Assembly: GCA_963782055.1 (NCBI GenBank)
Contig: CAWAIF010000003.1
Coordinates: 2,400,001-2,464,000, forward strand
Source: an uncultured delta proteobacterium
GTDB taxonomy: Bacteria; Myxococcota_A; Polyangia; Polyangiales; Polyangiaceae
Direction: 5' to 3'
Length of the DNA stretch: 64,000 bases
Shown: positions 59,596 to 64,000 of the stretch, in pieces
How positions within the stretch are numbered: the first letter of the stretch is position 1
Layout: each line of letters opens with the position of its first letter
The notes under the pieces: model-generated
What the model saw: the letters and a program-made list of their open reading frames with translations, nothing else
Database searches by the model: none
Told to the model about the DNA's origin: nothing
Translations under genes and position numbers: made by a program

Positions 59596-62117
59596 CCGGA
59601 TTGGCCCATGCCACGAGCCGGGAGCGCGAATGCGGTGCGCGGCTTCTGCTGTGCCTAGCCGTGGCGGGCTCGGTACTCGCGATTGGAAGCGTCGACACTA
59701 CTGTTCTCCTGATTGTGTCGGCAGTGTTGACAGCGGCTTTTTCACTTGCGCGAAGCCAAGCGCCACTGGTCCCCATGCGGCGCCCGGCACTGATAATTGC
59801 AATCGTGACAGTTGCACTAACCGGCTTTACCGCACTACAGGCTGTACCCTTGCCCCGCAGTCTAGTCGCTCGCCTCTCCCCACACTCTGCAGACGTTTGG
59901 TCGCGCTGCCTCAAACCACTCCATGAGCCCGGTCCATGGTGGGTCACGCTCTCACTTGATCCTGTCGCCACGCGCATCCAGGTTCTCGTTGGCTTCAGCT
60001 ATCTGATGGCCTTCCTTGCTTCCTGGCTAGTATCTAGTAAGGGCCGTAGCGGCGAGCGCTTGCTTGTGCGAACGATGATCCTGACCAGCGGGGCAGTCGC
60101 GCTGCTCGCCGTTGTTCATTATGTCCTTCGTCTGGATCGCGTGTACGGATTCTATCAGCCGCACACTGGGGTTACAAACATTGCGCCGTTGATGAACGGC
60201 AACCATCTTGCGGCGTATACAAATGTTGGAATCCTGCTCGCGTTCGCATCACTCCTCTCCGGTGACCCCGTCTTTCCTCGCGCGCTTCTCGTAGCGACCG
60301 TCCTTCTACTGGGTGGAGCCGAATTCTGGTTTTCGTCGAGAGGCGGTGTCGGAAGCATGCTCGCCGGCATGCTCGTTATCGTTATCCCTCGAATCCGCTC
60401 TCTGCGAACGGCGGAGATATCGGCTGCGTTTGTGGTGGCGTTTGCCGGCATAGTGCTTCTGGTAGTCGCCGCAAACTCGCACCTGATGACCGAGTACCTG
60501 GATACCGACTTCTCGAAACTGGAAATACCCTTAAGAGTGTTTAAGAGGATGGTACCGGCATTCCCGTGGTTTGGGGCAGGTCGCGGGGCCTTCGAATCGA
60601 CATTCCCCGAGTTCAATAATAGACCTGGTTACCTCGTGTGGACCCACCCCGAGAATCTCCCCGCGGAGTGGGTAAGCGAGTGGGGTATTCCTGTCGCGAT
60701 CGGGGCTATCGTTGCCCTCGTAGTTGCGCTGCGCCCAGCTACGGTTCTTTCCCGAACACGACCGCCGATTGGCCCATGGGCGTGCATTGTCGCGCTGGTC
60801 CTACACAACCTCGTCGACTTCAGTCTGGACATCCCGGCCGTCGGAATTACGGCTGCTGTGTGTGCCGCGCTTGCCACGTCTAGTCGTGGTACCAGGAGCC
60901 CGCCGCGGCGGACAGTTGCGTCTGGCTGGTGGCGAGGCCGAACTGGTATTGTCGCCGCAATCTCGGCGTGGTGCATGCTCTTGTGTGTACTTGGAGGCAA
61001 TCGCCATGAGCTTCAAACAGACCGCGCAACCATGCAAGAACAACTGCGGAGCAAGACTTTCCTCGGAAACCTCCGGCTAGCGATGGCAAGTCACCCGGCG
61101 GAGCCGTATTTCCCGTATCTCGGCGCGGTGTGGGCGTCTTCGGCCGGCAGGACCATAGTCCCGTGGATTGACCGGACGCTTGAGCGCGCGCCGGTGTACC
61201 CCATGGCTCATCTCGTCCTCGCGAGATGGTTGCGCGGACGGTCACGCGCCCAGTCGCGTCTAGAATACCGGCTATACGCAGAACAATGGGATCGTGGTCA
61301 ACCGCTGGACCTAAACGAGATCACGCCGCTGGTTGACTCTTACGACGCTGCCGTCGAAGTCGCACCGCGAGGCAAGCCGGGGTGCGCTGTCCTCGACCAG
61401 CTATCAATGCGGGTGGTGCAACGACTTCCCGCAACTGCGGCGCGGATCGATGCCGAAATCCTCAAGCGCGACCCGACTGCGGCGCCCGCAATCCTCCGCG
61501 GAATGGACGCGGAGGTCCAGGATGTGACGTCCGCGCCCTGGTGCGAGTCCAATCGTGGCGGCTGCATCGCTCAGGCTATGACATGGGTCGTGCGCGCCGA
61601 GCTTGCCGCGCCGCTGACGTGTGCCCCACTGGCAGCCCACGCACGGCTGCTGTACCTGGGGGGTGACGGAGACGGCGCGGTAGCCTTCCTGCAACAAAGT
61701 GTCGATATCGTGTCAGACCGTCCACTGTGTGAGCACCGCCTTGCCGAACTGGCGCGCGACACCGGCCATCCAGGCGTCTGGGAGCAAGCTGTCGATGCGT
61801 TGAGCCGCGCACCATGCGGCACCGAGGTGTTGTGTACCAAGAACCTCCTCGAAGCGGCTGCCCTTGCGGAAGCAAACGGGGGCGCGCGCCGCGCGATAGT
61901 GTACTTACAGGAAGCACACAATCTTGATCCAGATAACGAGACCATTGCCCTCCATCTCGCAGCTTCCGAATCCGCTGCCGGCTTACACGAGGCCGCCAGC
62001 GACGTATACCGAGCGGTGGCTCGCCGGCGCCCCGGCGATGTGCGCATCGAGGTGCTCCTGGAAAAGGAACAACTCTTCATGGAGGATCCCAAAGGCAGCA
62101 CCGTAACCCATCGGTGA
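59592..62117 (+). CDS. O-antigen ligase/Wzy_C family membrane protein with C-terminal TPR region
   Basis: Many TM segments; NGNHLA, SSRGG, FGAGRGAF, THPEN..EWG, LHNLVDF; visibly lower GC than the flanks. Confidence 0.85.
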   Translation: MTGLAHATSRERECGARLLLCLAVAGSVLAIGSVDTTVLLIVSAVLTAAFSLARSQAPLVPMRRPALIIAIVTVALTGFTALQAVPLPRSLVARLSPHSADVWSRCLKPLHEPGPWWVTLSLDPVATRIQVLVGFSYLMAFLASWLVSSKGRSGERLLVRTMILTSGAVALLAVVHYVLRLDRVYGFYQPHTGVTNIAPLMNGNHLAAYTNVGILLAFASLLSGDPVFPRALLVATVLLLGGAEFWFSSRGGVGSMLAGMLVIVIPRIRSLRTAEISAAFVVAFAGIVLLVVAANSHLMTEYLDTDFSKLEIPLRVFKRMVPAFPWFGAGRGAFESTFPEFNNRPGYLVWTHPENLPAEWVSEWGIPVAIGAIVALVVALRPATVLSRTRPPIGPWACIVALVLHNLVDFSLDIPAVGITAAVCAALATSSRGTRSPPRRTVASGWWRGRTGIVAAISAWCMLLCVLGGNRHELQTDRATMQEQLRSKTFLGNLRLAMASHPAEPYFPYLGAVWASSAGRTIVPWIDRTLERAPVYPMAHLVLARWLRGRSRAQSRLEYRLYAEQWDRGQPLDLNEITPLVDSYDAAVEVAPRGKPGCAVLDQLSMRVVQRLPATAARIDAEILKRDPTAAPAILRGMDAEVQDVTSAPWCESNRGGCIAQAMTWVVRAELAAPLTCAPLAAHARLLYLGGDGDGAVAFLQQSVDIVSDRPLCEHRLAELARDTGHPGVWEQAVDALSRAPCGTEVLCTKNLLEAAALAEANGGARRAIVYLQEAHNLDPDNETIALHLAASESAAGLHEAASDVYRAVARRRPGDVRIEVLLEKEQLFMEDPKGSTVTHR

Positions 62118-62160
62118 CCGACATGCTCCCCTTGCGCTGCCGCTCGCTGTAGGCCGGTAC

Positions 62161-63523
62161 CTGACCCATCCCCTCAGTTTCCTGCCTCTCGCGGGGACTC
62201 AAACTTGAGGATTTCCGCGAGGAAGAGATGGCCCCGTACGATCTTCTCGTAGGCGGTGAGGAGGCGGTCGAGCCACTCCTCGCGCATGGTGTCGAGGCAC
62301 GAGTACCAGTAGAGACCCTGGTTGAAGAGCGACATCGTTCGCTTGGGCGACGTATTCGTCTTGAGGGTCTTGTCGAGCTTCGATGCCTCACTCGCCGCGC
62401 CGAGGAGCGTCAGCAGAGTGTATGCGATCGCGATGAGAAACAGCAGACGGTCACGCCGCCCGGCGTCGCCGATGTGCGTCGCCCGGAGGCCAACGCCGAA
62501 GGTGATGTCTTTCTGGTCCCGAAACGTCTCTTCGATCGTGAACCTCTTCGAGTACGCCTGCACGATCTCGTTGGCGTCGGCCGTAGTGAGCGACGTCGCC
62601 AGACACCACGCTTCCTTCATGCCCTTTCGCTTGACCAGCACCACGGCCGGCACCTTGCTCTTCTTCCTCGTCACCGTGACGCCGACGAGCTTTCGCACCC
62701 GACCGTGCGCGGGCACGAGCTCCGCGGCCGGCAGGCCCTCCGCGTCCGACTCCGACACGATGATGTTCTCGCGGAACCGGATGATGTAGTCCCAGCCGTA
62801 GAGGCCGAGCAACTCGTAGAGCTCCGCGTACCCGAAGGCTCGATCCGCCATCAGCGTCACGCTCACCGCGGCAGGCAGCCACTCGTGCAGCTGCCGCACC
62901 ATCTCCAGTTCATGGCCGGTGCGCTTCGTCTTGAGCGTCGACTTCTTGACCGTCTTCCACGCAAACGGGCTCGCCCGTCCGTGCGTCGTGACCAGGTACG
63001 CGCAGAGCGTCGTGTGGTCGTCGTCGTCGAAATCCGTCCAGTCCATCGCGAGCACGATGTTCGACGTCGTCCCGACGACGTGCTTCACCCACAGCGGCAT
63101 CAGCACCTCGAGCTTCACTTCCTCGTTGCTCAGCAGCCGGTCCACCTGCTTCACGCCGCTCTTGCTCTCGATCCTCGCAAGCCGCGCGTACGCTCGACCG
63201 ATTGCCGCGATCGACACAACGCTCGCGTTCAGAACCCCCGTCACTCCATTCGCGAGCGACCGCACCCGGGCAAGGTGGACGTCTCCGCCGAACAGCTTCT
63301 CCATCGATGTGCGCGTCTGCGACAACGTCCAGAGCCTACGTCGTCCGCCGCCGAGCGGCAGCAGCCATGTTGCGAGAGGGACGGTCTGCATGTCGCCGCA
63401 AACAGTTCGCTCCGCCCATGGATTCCCGCCTCGCAGGTCATCCCGGACCACCCCATCCAGGAACACAGCGGTTTCGATTACCTACGCGTCATCTTTCATC
63501 CGCAGAATGAGGGGATCCCTCAG
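62161..63523 (-). mobile_element. Complete IS4-family (IS10-like) insertion sequence, 1363 bp
   Basis: Terminal IRs CTGACCCATCCCCTCA / CTGAGGGATCCCCTCA; 9-bp target duplication GGCCGGTAC at 62152-62160 and 63524-63532. Confidence 0.92.
62174..63466 (-). CDS. IS4-family DDE transposase
   Basis: MDWTD, ADRAF, YIIR, WCLATS, YSKRFTIEETFRDQK (YREK signature); true start may be 63391 or 63304. Confidence 0.93.
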   Translation of the reverse strand: MFLDGVVRDDLRGGNPWAERTVCGDMQTVPLATWLLPLGGGRRRLWTLSQTRTSMEKLFGGDVHLARVRSLANGVTGVLNASVVSIAAIGRAYARLARIESKSGVKQVDRLLSNEEVKLEVLMPLWVKHVVGTTSNIVLAMDWTDFDDDDHTTLCAYLVTTHGRASPFAWKTVKKSTLKTKRTGHELEMVRQLHEWLPAAVSVTLMADRAFGYAELYELLGLYGWDYIIRFRENIIVSESDAEGLPAAELVPAHGRVRKLVGVTVTRKKSKVPAVVLVKRKGMKEAWCLATSLTTADANEIVQAYSKRFTIEETFRDQKDITFGVGLRATHIGDAGRRDRLLFLIAIAYTLLTLLGAASEASKLDKTLKTNTSPKRTMSLFNQGLYWYSCLDTMREEWLDRLLTAYEKIVRGHLFLAEILKFESPREAGN

Positions 63524-63690
63524 GGCCGGTACCCGAGGTGATGATGCGAAGGGACAGGCAGCCATCGGACGGACCGCGGCGTTGGCGGCAGTGGACGGAG
63601 GCCGAGGCGCGGGCGGCGCTGGCGGAGCTCGCGGCGAGCGGGGAGCGGGGAGAGCATGGCAGGGTACGCGCGACGCGTGGGCGTCTCGCC

Positions 63691-64000
63691 GTACCCGTAC
63701 GGGCAAGGGCCTGAACGGCAGATCTGAACGTCGCGCTCCGGGCTACGCGTCGAAATCGACCGGGTCGGGTGGCTTGGGCGGGGGTTTCCAGCGGTGCGGC
63801 AGGAGGTCGGCGAGCTGGTCGGCGGCGGTCTTGTCGATGCGGCCGAGGACGTCGGCCAGGTACTCGACGGGGTTCACGCCGACGCGGGTGCAGGAGACGA
63901 CGAGCGAGTAGAGGAGTGCGAGCGCCTTGCCGGCCTCGTCGCTGTGGACGAATAGGAAGTTCTTGCGGCCGAGGGCCACGAGCCTCATCGCATTTTCAGC
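63691..64000 (-). mobile_element. IS66-family element right end with TnpC C-terminus (CDS 63743 to beyond the window edge)
   Basis: AENAMRLVALGRKNFLF..LYSLVVSC..GVNPVEYLADVL..LLPHRW; probable terminus GTACCC at 63691. Confidence 0.88.

Larger units (their letters stand above)
62103..63690 (+). mobile_element. Disrupted IS66-family left end with tnpA remnant, interrupted by IS4
   Basis: GTAA.. end at 62103; removing the IS4 joins it to 63541 MMRRDR..RQWTEAEARAALAELAASGE/SMAGYARRVGVS (TnpA-like), frameshifted by a 7-bp duplication. Confidence 0.55.

Overview
Very GC-rich bacterial chromosome segment. Gene content points to a myxobacterium, probably Polyangiaceae/Sorangiineae-like (inference): Ser/Thr kinases, FHA and PP2C proteins, CarF, a myxosortase-like CPBP protease, and many Cys- or Gly-rich lipoproteins. 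The first ~34 kb is mostly housekeeping (nadC, birA, mdh, sucCD, ndk, dapDE, radA, alaS, ffh) with lipoprotein genes interspersed. 34-51 kb is accessory: an XPB-like helicase with a DUF790/Bax1 nuclease, a kinase-PEGA-Gly-rich surface protein cluster with a 1488-bp tandem duplication, two Uma2 nucleases and pseudogenes. 52-64 kb is a polysaccharide locus (GT4, deacetylase, Wzc, DegT aminotransferase, AsnB, O-antigen ligase-like) ending in nested IS66/IS4 elements. The most striking unexplained signal is a non-coding element found three times: TGTCC-N2-GGACA-N8-GGACA-N4-GGACA plus a GCRAGCGTGCTHGC near-palindrome. Each copy lies next to a sigma-54-type promoter, in front of two paralogous MarR-like genes and the XPB-Bax1 operon, which suggests an undescribed sigma-54 regulon or cassette system. 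Many genes look leaderless, from both sigma-70 and sigma-54 promoters. Single-base frameshifts, including one in essential ffh, suggest residual sequencing errors. No rRNA, tRNA or CRISPR array was seen.
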